From contig MU055770.1 in NCBI GenBank assembly GCA_013239625.1, positions 4,835,976 to 4,899,975 of the forward strand: a DNA stretch of 64,000 nt, read 5' to 3'. Position numbers and translations under genes: made by a program. Below are positions 49,923 through 61,785 of the stretch, piece after piece (the stretch's first letter is position 1; the number at the start of each line of letters is the position of its first letter). This DNA is from Lama guanicoe. Taxonomy: Eukaryota. Under the pieces are notes generated by a model. The model saw only the letters and a program-made list of their open reading frames with translations. It was not told the DNA's origin and searched no databases.

Positions 49923-50623
49923 GTAAGTTGGAAACTTTATATTTAACTTAAGAGCATTCTATTTGTGTTTATTTGTAAAATCTGGGCTTTGAGGAGAGTT
50001 ACATGTCATCCAGCCCAGTCTCTCAAGATACTTCCACTATATAAGACAGAAAAAGACCAGGTATAATTCGAGATCACCACCCTGACTGAAGAGGCCATTG
50101 CCTTATAATAGAGGTTAATATCACTGTTATTTTGTATCGGCCATGATGGTAGAGTGTTCAGTATTTTTCACAACCGGGTTATTCCCATTTTCCAGAAACA
50201 GGTTGTTCACATTGCTTCACCTTTTCTTTTTACAAACATTACTGCAAAGCCCTTCAGTGCTGGTCAGGAAGAGACACCAGGGGAGCATGTCAGAGGCCAG
50301 CTTTATCTTGTCCACCAATTATTCAAGCCAGAAAGTTTCCCCACACCCTCAACTTTCCCGCTTTTTCTTGCAACCAATATCCATTGAATCATGGATTTAT
50401 AACAGTTTCCCCTTTTAAGGAGCTCTTGTTTCTATCCCGTCCTTCTATTCTTTGTATTCCAGCTTTATTTGTGGACTTTATCTCCCGCCTAAGTTCTTGC
50501 AGCATCCTTCTATCTGGTTGCCTTGCCATGAGTTCTTGGACTATCTTTCTGAAAAAAGTTGTTGGCTCATGTTACTTCCTTGTATAAAAAGACTTACAGT
50601 AGGCAGAGAATAGAAATTAAATT

Positions 50624-50703
50624 ATTATTTACTTTAATGGAGATACTGGGGACTGGACCCAGGATTTCATGCCCACGAAGCACTGCACTCTGCCGCTGAG
50701 CTA
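50624..50703 (-). mobile_element. tRNA-derived SINE, vic-1-type (camelid), 5'-truncated, inserted in an L2 fragment
   Basis: Reverse complement tagctcagcggcagagtgc...tcctgggtccagtccccagtatctcca followed by an A-rich tail (decayed A and B boxes); flanking repeat tagaaatt(a/t)aatt. Confidence 0.8.
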
Positions 50704-51634
50704 GAAATTTAATTTCCCACTAGAAATTTAATTCCCACGCCCTCTCCTTGCCTTCCCCATTTCTCCAGCCATTCGTCTCTTCTACGCATATCCCATTAGA
50801 TGCTGTTTCCCCTGGACTCCATGTTTATTCCTGGTCCACTCCCACGTGCTTTCCCCCCACTTAATTTCTGCCTGTAGAGCTACTTTCCACTCTTTTAGAT
50901 TCAGCTTAGATGCCAAGTTGGCAGTAAAGTCTTCTTGGGCATCCTTATAACAATTTAGTCCTTTTCTATGTTATAGTGATTCGTTTTACCCAGATATCAC
51001 ATTCTACTGGGACTGTTTTTCCTACTTGTTTTATTAACAGTACTCTGTCCCTACACCCAACCCCCTCACCTTATCTCTCATTCTTCTTAGATTTTAGGAC
51101 CTAATAAATGTTTGCTGAGTAAATTTGACAAATTCAAATCATGTTTACTTCACATAACAGATGAGTAACAGGAAGCTACAAGTAGGGTAAGGCTGGTCAA
51201 AGGTAACAATAAAGTGTTATTTTTCGTCAACTGCATTGTAAGTATTTGTGAAAAGTGTCTTGTTACAGCTTAAATCATTGAGAATGTTTTGTAACTGGCT
51301 CGCTGCTCACAGCTCCGTTTGGTATGGCGAACTTAAATTCCTCTAAAATAGCTTCAGCCTTACTGAGTCTCCTTGGCTCTGCTCCTGACTTGGCGTTTGA
51401 GAGGACGCTGTGATGCATATTCCAACCTCAATCCATGTTAGATTAGGACCCAATATCCTATTTCTTGACCAGATCAATATTTGGCTCTTTTTGACAGACC
51501 CAGTTAGTACAAACTCAGTATCTGTTTTTTAAACACATGGTGATTGTGGTACACTGGAATTTTTATTGGTAGTTTTGACTTTTTATTACTTGTGTTGGAC
51601 TTGAACTCAGTACAGTGCCAATTTTTTATTACAG

Positions 51635-51708
51635 TGGCTACGGATCCTCACCCACCTTCTCCATGGACAGAGAACACAGTTCCAGAACGAGCGCGAAGGC
51701 CCTCTACG
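51635..51708 (+). CDS. EPS8: EPS8 exon 3 (74 nt): (N)GYGSSPTFSMDREHSSRTSAKALY(E)
   Basis: Acceptor TTTTTTATTACAG ending at 51634; donor G|GTATGT at 51709. Phase matches exon 2 (AA+T=Asn) and exon 4 (G+AA=Glu). Seen inside ORF 51615..51812. Confidence 0.96.
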
Positions 51709-52354
51709 GTATGTTCTGGAGGGAGTGTCCTTCTATTTCTAACCACGTTTTACCGATTATGTTTTTAAAGTCATGGTTTGAACCCATGGCTTGTTTATAT
51801 TATTGGGAATGAAGTCATGATTGATAGAGAAGGATTATTTTTAAAAGAGCTTTTACAGAAGCTACCAGAGCCATGACCTCTGCTGGCTGTCATGGGATTT
51901 AGAACTACAGATGAGATGTGTTCAGTGCTTTCTAGGGAGTGTTTCCGCATGGTACCAGTCCCCTAGGTGGATTTTCTCATCTGATTGTGTGTGATGTGTT
52001 TGCTGATCTTCATGACTGATCCAGTCAGTGGGCTGAGAGTTGACAGGACTTCCTCCTTATGGCTCTTGAAGTTTTCAGGTCATATTACAGTGTGACTAAC
52101 AGCATTTATAGCATTTCTTTCTGCCCTGCAAGATAAGCAGTCTGTGTTTCTGATCCTTCTCTAACTTCCATTTTCCTCTCTCTCTTGTCTCACTTATAAA
52201 TAGTATTTTTTTAAACTTCAGATATAAAGTAGAAGTCAACACTACACAGAAGTTGAGGTCGCCTGAAATATGCTACGTATGTGTAGGGGGTGGTGCTTGC
52301 TCTCATGGAGTCTGCATGGCCTGTATCATTGTACAGCAATAAAGAATGAGAATA

Positions 52355-52590
52355 GGATTGTGGTTAAGAGCAAAAACTTTAGAACTACACATCCTGGGTT
52401 TAAATCCAGTTCCACCATTTACTGTCTGAGTGATCTTGAGCAAATTACTTTACGTGTCTGTCCCTCATTTTGCCTACCTCTATAATGGGGATATCTCATA
52501 GGGGTGATAAGAGAATATAATGAGTTAGTACATGTGAAATGCTGAGAACAGTGCCTGGCAAGCAGAACACAGTGTATATATTTACTGTTA
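52355..52590 (+). mobile_element. MIR SINE, near full length
   Basis: tgtggttaagagc...cctgggtttaaatccagttccaccatttact...gatcttgagcaaattactt...gagaacagtgcctggca. Confidence 0.88.
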
Positions 52591-52914
52591 CTGTAATCAT
52601 CTACTATAGGAACCAAGAGCACTGTCTAAATTTGAAATTCTTTTCTTTTTACATCATCTAGATCTGTAACACCTTGGTTGTGGTGCGAATGACTCATTCT
52701 AAGGTTTTATGATTTTTTTCTCCACCTATATTTCTAGTGACTAGGCTTCAGGACTCAAATCGTACATTCAACAGATGGATTTCATAGCACACGTGGATGC
52801 ATCTTCTTGTGGCGTTGCCAGTCTGGTTAGAGCTGGTTTCAGTTTTCTTGAGTACAATATTGTGACATTCTGGCTATGGCCTGGTAGTTGTGAATTGTAG
52901 ATCTACAGAATATA

Positions 52915-53800
52915 TTCAACAAACACGTATTTTTTGATTACTATGTGCCCAGAACAGGCCCCGTAATATATGCCCCTTGACTTTAAGTGACTTGCACTCT
53001 GGAGAATGACTTGAAGAAACTAAGAAGGGAAAAACTTTTTTTTTTTTTTGCAAAAATAATCAATTCCTTTGGTCTTTCCTTTCTAGACAGGTACTTATAA
53101 AGTGCTTCTGTGTGCTCGGCCATGATCTTCATAAACTCTATTTCCAGGTCCTTTCATTAATTTCAAAGATGAACAGGAGATGGTCATTGCTTGTGCACGA
53201 TCTTGGTGAGGTAGACCCGTGCATGCGTTGTTGTAATGAAGTGCTAAGTAAGCTCGGACGGCAGTGTTTGAGGGGCATTAGGGGGCGGGTCAGTTCTTCC
53301 ATGTGGATGAGGGAGGTAGTCAGGAGGGATTTCATAGAGAGGTTAAACTCTGAAACCCTCCGGGCATTTAGAGGGGGCCAGAGGATGCTGTAAGTAGCTG
53401 TAGAAACCCTTTTTAAACTAGTCTCTAAGCCCTGTGAGGGTGGACCACATTTGCCCTGTTTGCTTCAGGATTCCCTAAGCTTAGCACACTGGCCAATGTA
53501 TCACTGATGCTCAGTAAACACCTGAGAATGAATATAATGACTCAGTGAGTAGCAAGCAGTTTAGTGTTAACTGGAGGGTGCAAGGTGGTCCTTCGTGAGG
53601 TAAGATTGGAAAAATAAACTTGGACCACATGAGGGAAAATCATACTAGGGAACTTGGACATGGTTTACAGGGAATGACTCGCCATTGAAATGTTTTAATC
53701 AGGGAAGTGATAGGTCACACTTGTCTTGGCTCCCTCTGGTAACAGGTGAGGAGCATGGATGGGAGTGGGTGAATCAGAGACCTGAATAATGTAGGTAAGT
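52915..53800. mobile_element. L2 fragments (minus strand, with a plus-strand L2 tail at ~53420-53540)
   Basis: cattcaacaaacacgtatt-like reverse L2 tail with ctatgtgcccaga; ctctaagccctgtgagggtggacc...gctcagtaaacacctgagaatgaat. Confidence 0.6.
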
Positions 53801-56800
53801 CAGACATCTAAAGAACAGCCCTAAGATTTCTGTTAGGAAGAAAGAGTAATAATCTCACAAATACCATGGATCCAAAAGTCTGTTTTCAGAGAGCTGAGAA
53901 AGGAATAAGGAATAAAAAGGAGGACTCACCTGCAAATTTTAATGTCTAATTTGTGTTAGGAGCAATTTCATAAAATCATAGATCCAAGGATCAAATTTTT
54001 AGCTTTTAAGCAGTAAAATTTAATTTCCCCCTTTTTACATATGAAGAAAGCTGAGGCTCCTTTTAAAAGTGAGGTAGTTTGTCAAAGTCACATACCTTTA
54101 AAAGTCTTGATTGTAAGAAAATATAGCAGTTAATCCAGTGTAGTGATGAGAGTGAACAGTGTATACGTAAAACAGAGGCCATAGATAGAAGGGTTAAAGG
54201 GGCGAATCCAAGAGGCATTTGTAAGGAAGAAAGACTCAGCAATGTATCAGGCTTACAAGTCAGAGGGTTTTAAGTTCCTTGAAGTTGCAGGTAATGTTTC
54301 CTTCCTCCCTGTAGCTGATTCTCACCCCTCCCTGCCAACACACTGTACACACACACAATGCCTTCTCTCTGACAGGCTCCCAGTGAATGCCTATGGGATG
54401 AATGGTTAGATGGATGAATGACAATTGGAGAAACATGTTCAGGTTTTGAACAGACCTTTGCAATAAACAAATTCAATCTGAAGTTTTAACTATAGTCAAC
54501 ATTGGGAGTGTTTGGTAAAGGAGAAATTTGCAATGTCATTTATTTTGTCGCAATGTATGCACTTCCTTTAAGCTTTCTCCTTTCACAATCATTAGACCAG
54601 TTGAACAAATCTTTCAAGAATTAATTTTCCTTCATGGGCAGTACATGAGCTTCTCTGGGATATGAGGGTATTATTCAGTTCATTGGAACACGAGTTTCAC
54701 ATTGATGACTACTTTTTTTTAATACACCGACCCCAGGCTAGATACTGTATCAGGAGTTCATGCAGCTTGGTCTTTTTCATGAGGACACTTTTCAACCTGA
54801 CACCATAATGTGCCACCCAGATCGCTTCAGTATCATGCCCAGAGAGGTGGCACCTGGGGGTTTTGGAGGCCAGGTGATCGGCAGCTGAATCATGACATTT
54901 CTACCAAAGGGCTGCCATTTTGAGCAAACGATTTCACCTTTTGGCCCCAGTTTCCTCAACTACAAACAGAAATGATAATAATATTGTGCTATATTTATAT
55001 GAGAGAATAGAAGTAATGAGCCTATCATGGTAGTGAGGAAGGGTGTAGGACACTGTCCTGGGTCCTCAGATTAATCAAGGCCCTCAAATGCAATACTTTA
55101 ATGTTACTCCAAATGATGTTCTATATCTAATCACAGTGAAGCTTTGACAGGATCAAGTGGTAATCTTCATCAACTACACAATTATGACCATAAATTTGCA
55201 TTTTTTGAATATGTGTTAATTTATTCAAGGAAAATGGTTAAAATTTGCTGCAATTTTAATAACCCTATGTTGTCATCCCTTCATTATTAAACAAGCAATG
55301 TCAAAGCCAGCATGTGAGAAGCTCTGCATCACTAAAGTCGCTGGCAACATAAGTAGGAAATAAATATCAATTTCTCTCTTCTACAAGTTCTTTCGTTTCT
55401 CCTGACAGTAACATTATATTTGGCTACTGTTACCAGGGCATGGAAAATTGTATATTGTCTTCCTGGTTTAAGCTGTAAAATCTCATCAAAGTCTTTAAGC
55501 TTTAAAATCGTTTTTAAGGGAAATACTTGTGAAAGTATTAAACATTCCCGTCAGGGCGTGGCTCCTGCCATCTCTCACCCATGACTCAGAAGGTCACCAG
55601 TGCGCACACTAGCTGCTGTACTGGGATGTGCTCAGAGGCTGCATTCCTCACCTTTACACCGAATCGTAAAGAATCTTTCCCCTTTGGAATATTAGAGGCT
55701 GTTTTTTTTTTTCCCCCATGTGGCTGGGTCCCAAGCAGCTTTAATAACCCCATATAAACTTTTTCCTATTCTTAACATGCCTGCTTCTAGCATTGCTTCT
55801 AATATGCCTGGACTGAGAAACTAGACAGAAAATCTTGTTAGCAGAGTGAATAGGTTCTGAGTGGGGAACTGGGAGTCCTTCGCATTAGAGTCTGTACATT
55901 AAAGTGTGTACATTTTAATGTTAGACTTTGTGACATCATCTCTGTCTGCCACTCAGTGGGTTTATTTTATATAAGTATGGTTTCTTTGCTGTGTTCTGAA
56001 TAGCTGGATTTCCTAGAAAAGTAACTTTCATTTAAATTAGATATTGCTGAATTTGGAATATGGCCACGTACCATAAATAATCAGCTATTTAAAGTCATCC
56101 TATCTCCAGAAAAATGCAAGTTTCACAGAATTACCATTTAGTATTACTTTATTGTCATTACAGACACTTACAATATTGTCTGGGAGGCCAGGTAGCAATG
56201 GATGAACCAGACAGATGGGCACTTTTTCAAGTCCCATTTCACCTCAAGTTTGAACATTTTTGTGTTTTTCCTGCTTTTCTTTGTTCTTCTCGGAGAGGTA
56301 CTTGTAAGAAGTGAGAATAAGTAATCTGTAACCTGTTCATTTCATTTCTACAGAATTGACTTGGCTCTAAACTTTCCTGTATTTATACGTAGTGCTTGAC
56401 TCAACTTTCTTTTTCTTTCTAGTTTGGAACTAGTCTTTCTGTACAATTGTCATAATCGAAGTCGAGGACAGCTCTTACACATGCAGGTGGCACTGAAGGG
56501 TTAAAACACCCATCTTTTTTCTCCATCCCCATTATTTACAAGGTGTCATTTACTTGGGGAAAAAATTAAATATTTTAAGAAAGCAATTTTTGAAATTCTT
56601 AAGAAGCAGAAGGCCTGTGATTATATATTATTAGGAGACTGCGCAATGTTAGAGTCAAAATTCCGTGTGTCAGCACACGTGACTCCAAAGGACAGTTTGG
56701 GCATTTTCTTACCTTATCTGAAAGTTTTAAATCTTCTTTCTCCTCAGGGGATAAGCTATTTTAACGATTTGTTGGACTGGCCAGTCAAATTACTTCTTAA

Positions 56801-57301
56801 ATGGTGTAATTTTGTAAAAATGACCCTGTTTGCTTTTAAAAAGTCGTTCCTATTCAGACGCTGATATGTCAGACTGTGGTTATCACGAGAGCTTGTAATT
56901 GTTGCTCAGTGCTTCTTACTGATGCCCACTGCACTACCTCTCCTCTACGGAAATTACGCACTCAAACAGTGGGGAAGGAATTCTGTGCTGTGGTTGAAAG
57001 TTTTTGTGAAGTGTAAAGTTATATGAACTGTAGTGTGTTGTTTTATTTAGAGAGAAGAGTACTTGGCGGCTGCTTTTATGTTACATGTTTTCTTTTTAAT
57101 AACCAAATCCTTACTTTCTAAGCACCACTTTGTTTTCAGAGAAAGAGAAAATAAAAATTTCCTGAATATCAGCTGTTTCAAACCTTGCTGTCTTATGCAT
57201 GAATAGCAATACAGACAAACAGGAATTAAGCTGAAATACTGAGACTGGCGTGTTGTTATAGTTGACTTTGGTCTCATTGAAGAATTAAATGAAAGCTAAT
57301 T

Positions 57302-57500
57302 TTTTTAAAAATGAAGACTTTTTTGGATCAGTTTTAGGTTCATAGCAACATTGAGGAGAAGGTTGCGGAGAAGTACAGGGATTTCCCATACCCCCATATC
57401 CTCTTCCACGATCAACAGCCCCGACCAGAGGCTGTGATACAGAGGGGTACCTCTGTTACAACTGATGACTCTGCATTGATGTACCATCCTCACCCAAAGC
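57302..57500 (-). mobile_element. L1MC1/2-like 3' end
   Basis: cagttttaggttcatagcaacattgag...aagtacagggatttcccatacccc...tgttacaactgatga. Confidence 0.75.
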
Positions 57501-57748
57501 TCATTGAAACCTAAATTTAAGTTCCTGATCTGGAAGTAGAAGAGAAGTTTTTGGAGCAGCCTATCAGCTCAGTAATGCTGAAATGATACGTAAAGAATTT
57601 TCATCTTCGGCAACGGAAATTCACCTAATTCTGTCTCTTTGGGTTTGTGTATTCTGGTCCATGGGATAAAAACTGCCAGGGAAAAGCAGTGAAACAAAAT
57701 CAGTGTTACTACAATCAGGTAAACTTTGTTCCTAGGGTCTAACTGATT

Positions 57749-57766
57749 CAGAGAGAGAGAGAGAGA
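57749..57766. repeat. (GA)n microsatellite
   Basis: Direct reading. Confidence 0.85.
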
Positions 57767-57869
57767 CTATTTGAACCATGATTTACACTCTTAATTTAGA
57801 AAGAAGAAACGTTCAACTTATGAGAGATAAGATATGGTAGATGAGTTGGCGTTTGGACAGATTTTAGAG

Positions 57870-58034
57870 CAGTAGTTTCCACTCTCCACTGCACATTAGA
57901 ATTGCCTGGGGAGCTTTTACAACTCCTAATGCCTGGACTGCATCCACTTACCTTAGAATCCAGGGGAGAATGGGGGGCCCACGCACTATTTTTTAAAGTT
58001 CATTCTAATGTACAGCCAAGGTTGAGAACCACCG
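57870..58034. mobile_element. MER5A hAT-Charlie MITE
   Basis: cagtagtttcc...ctgcacattagaattgcctggggagctttt...attctaatgtacagccaaggttgagaaccaccg. Confidence 0.85.
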
Positions 58035-59609
58035 CTAGGGAAAGGGGTGAACGTCCACAGAGCCTTTATCCTGAGTGTTATGCAGACTCTGTTTAGGCTC
58101 TTCACGCTGTTTTAAGACTTTGGGTGAGATTTTTCAGGCTTAGGAGCGCAATTACTATTTACAGCTGAACTTGAGAGTATAGAAAAGATTTTCATTAAAA
58201 ATAAATGTACTCTAATTGCCTTTAAGAAGCCTTCTTTCAAAATCTCCTATTAAAATCTTAATATTAACCTTTATGTATTCATTGACTTAAATCACCAGAA
58301 CTACTAGCTTCTTTATACATCCCTTCTATGACGTTTATACCTTTTTAGGACTTTTAAAAGGTAATTTATCGTAAAACATCTTATCTGTTATGTAACATTG
58401 GACAGCAAGAGCTTAGGAATTCCTCAAATGGATTCTTAATTTGGAATATTAGAAGTGGTGCCATTGCTTTAAGTCAGTCAGCATAAAAACATCATACTAT
58501 TCATGACTATTATCACAGAGTCAGTGTTTTCCTATTTTTGTAAAGTTTTGTTCCTGTGACATCGAGAAGCTATGTGTTAGGAAATTTGTGGGGACAAAGC
58601 CTTACCTTACTATTTCATAATGAAAATATTTAATTACAAATCATCCAGTATTTTTGACCTTCAGCTGCGTTTGCCAGCCAGTCAAGCACTTGAACATCTT
58701 GGGATTTCCGTGTCAGAACTGGAGACCAGGGCAACCATCCCATTTCTTTCACTGTCCTCAGGTCAGACCAAAGGAAACAGAACTACCCTCGTGTTCTTAG
58801 TTGGCCATGGAGAACTGTCAGAATGGGATGAACCAGTGATCCTGAAATACCGATTATCTCTAGAAGTTCTTTTGTCGAATATGTCCCTGAGTTACACACG
58901 ATATTTTAAAAGCTGTCATGGTTTTCCTAAGAACAGCTATCCATTTGTTAATATCTCACATTGGTCAGTCCTCAACTAAGAATCAGAAACATTATGCTTG
59001 TTTACTTTTTAAAGTATGTAGAATACAGTCATGTAAATGGAGGTTTATGCTTTGTCATACCAGAATAGAAAATTTAAGGTGAAACCAGGTATTACTTTTT
59101 GGCCCCATTGTTTTGGTAGGACCAGATGGATCATACTTCTTCAGATCATCATCCAAACAAAAAAAGAAAGGTAGCAGATACGGAATTCTGTAGTGTGTCT
59201 GTTTTTATTAAGTAACTTTAATGCTGCAAAAACAAAAATAGAATATATCAGAAGAATATCAGAGTGATGTACTATAAGGCATATTTATATTTTCATCTAA
59301 GCCTTAAGATAAACACAAACAAAGAGATTATAACTTTCATATGTATTGTGAAACAGGAAATGATCAAAGTGTAAAAAAATTATTTGTGTTAACATTATGA
59401 AATCTGTGTATGCGCCTTGTATTTTTGTACTTGCTTGGCTTTTATGTTAAGCAGAACTTTTCAACTTTTATTTTTGTAGGAAGATCTAAAAGTTTCTGTA
59501 ATACTTGAAAGAAATAGGTTTATATTTGGGGGGAAAATGGTTATTAGGAAAGTTAAGGGGTGTGAGAGAGAGAGAGACAGAGTTTCAGTCCTGGAGGGGT
59601 CTTGAAGTT

Positions 59610-59750
59610 TTATCTTATTAACCGTTGTATTTTACAATAAGGGTGCCGAGACCCAGAGTTTCCCCAAATTCAGTCTCCTGCTGAGTGACAGAGCCAAAGC
59701 TAGAATCTGAACTCTTTTGATTTCCACTTAAGAGTTCTTCCCCACAGCAT
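59610..59750 (-). mobile_element. MIR SINE
   Basis: attttacaataagggtgccgagacccagag...gagtgacagagccaaagctagaatc. Confidence 0.55.
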
Positions 59751-60575
59751 TCTGCTTTAGAGAAAGACAGAGCAGCTCCGAATTTAATCAACTTGCTTGG
59801 TTAGAAACTAACAAATACAAAATAGTGCCTCCACACATTTTATATTTTATTTTGGTTTTGCAGCATTTTACTAAAGAAAAATAAAGGTTTTTTGTTTTTT
59901 TTTTTTCTCTTTAAATAGTTTGGTGCAGTAACTTTCTACCTAACTTTCTTACTTTTTTCTAACAGCTTCTGTCTACAATTCTGAGCGTCACATTTATGTG
60001 TTCTGTAGATGTGTGAAAATTGTTAAAGTTTAATGGTAGTGAGTATGAACTGACTTATGCTTTGAAGCTCCTCTTAGACTCTCTGTAGTGTGGCTGTTGT
60101 GAAAGAAGATGCTCTTCGCAGTGTGTATTATTTTAACGATGTAGTCTGACTCATACAGTACAGTATGTGTGACAGTATTTGCAACCCCGTTTTGTTCTCA
60201 GTACATTAAAAGATGAAACTTACAAACCACTTTTTATCTTTTTTTGCCAAACAGGAGGTCCTGATGAATAAAATCTTTAGACAAGATAACTTTTTTCTTA
60301 CAACATTAATAACGACATTAATAATCTTGTTAACCTCTGAGATTCTGAAAATTTATGTGCGGTCAAATTGTTCTTACTTATCATTTAAGCCTTCTCATGG
60401 CTTTCTCATTTAATGTGAAGAGTGAGTATTTTCAGATACACCACACAACGGTGACATGTCAACTACTGTACTTACATATGAGATAGACTAGTTTTAAAGA
60501 TGGCCATGAGACACTGACATCTGAACTTCAGCCTATTAGTGGGTAAATAATGGCTTTTCAAACTTCTTTTTTCAG

Positions 60576-60643
60576 AACAAAGGAAGAATTATGCACGGGA
60601 CAGTGTCAGCAGTGTGTCAGATATATCCCAGTACCGTGTTGAA
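60576..60643 (+). CDS. EPS8: EPS8 exon 4 (68 nt): (E)QRKNYARDSVSSVSDISQYRVE
   Basis: Acceptor CTTCTTTTTTCAG ending at 60575; donor GAA|GTAAGA at 60644. Peptide identical to recalled mammalian EPS8. Confidence 0.97.
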
Positions 60644-61623
60644 GTAAGATGCTTTAATGTTTGCTAAAATTTAGGATGAAGCTGGAGGGACATAAAAATT
60701 GGTTGTAAAACAGAATTCTGTTTTCTTCCACCTCTATGATGTTGTAAATTGTGTTGAACTTTTTCTTTTAGATTTCTATAAAACAGATGTTGAATATGAA
60801 AGTATCTTGTTAATCTGTTTTTTTATAGAGAATACATTAAAATGAAAACTACTCATTTATCATTGTCAGCCTTATTTTGGTTGAAAAGAGGACAAAGGTT
60901 TCTATTTTGTATTATGGAGTCTTCTTGAACTAAGCCTTGACAGTTTCAGTGAATGGTTTAGTTTTACTTTTAGTTTTGTCTAAATTCATTACTAGTTTTT
61001 TTCAGTTTTTCCTCTACTGCTATATTTTAAGATACTTGCTCTTAATTGGAATCTATTTAGGTGACCTTTGCTTGTAAAACAAATATTTAAACAGTGAGTA
61101 ATTTTTAAATTGTTCTTATCATCAGTTTCCTACCTCCTCAAGCATGCTTAATTGAATTTAAATAGCTTTCTTTCAGTAGAGTGAGAAGTTTGACGGCTGT
61201 CACAGACTAGAGTTCCCTGTTGGTGCTCTCAGTTACCAGTGTTGTAGTTTTAAGGTGTCACATAGATTGCCTTCCATTGTTCAGCATTTAAATAACCAAA
61301 ATGGAGGGCGGCATTGATTTTAAGAGAATGTTACTTAAGCCATTTGGAATTTGTTTTCACGTCATGTTTATGTAGCTCAACATGGCTCAGTATTAGACAG
61401 ATACAGGCATTTTACAAATCAAGGCATCATTTCTTCCCTTCAACAAAATCCTATTTGACTTTATCATCTCAGAAAGGTAACCAGGGATTACAGAGTACTT
61501 GCTATCTGTCCCTCCCCTCTCTGCTAGACTTCAGTGATGTTAACTTTGCTTTTTTTTTTTTTGAAACGTGTGTCCTAAGGGATCATATGTGTTACAAATA
61601 TTTTTTCTTTTTTCCATCATAAG

Positions 61624-61785
61624 CACTTGACTACCTTTATTCTGGATCGGAAAGATGCTATGATAACTGTTGACGATGGAATAAGGAAGCTGAAACTGCT
61701 TGACGCCAAGGGCAAAGTATGGACTCAAGATATGATCCTTCAGGTGGATGAAAGAGCAGTGAGCCTGATCGATTTAGAATCAAAG
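61624..61785 (+). CDS. EPS8: EPS8 exon 5 (162 nt), PTB domain: HLTTFILDRKDAMITVDDGIRKLKLLDAKGKVWTQDMILQVDERAVSLIDLESK
   Basis: Pyrimidine tract and AAG acceptor ending at 61623; non-canonical donor AAG|GCAAGT at 61786. ORF 61627..61851 carries the EPS8-family PTB motif KGKVWTQDMILQV. Confidence 0.97.

Noticed and set aside
50624-50703. Possible tRNA gene
   Set aside because: Truncated 5' end, degenerate B box, A-rich tail and target-site repeats indicate a SINE.
58620-58979. 119-aa ATG-initiated ORF in intron 3
   Set aside because: No recognisable homology, promoter or splice context; length is within chance expectation.
7570-60153. Scattered single TGA(C/G)TCA AP-1 sites (e.g. 7570, 20318, 27542, 47632, 55582)
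   Set aside because: About 8 are expected by chance in 64 kb; only clustered sites were reported.
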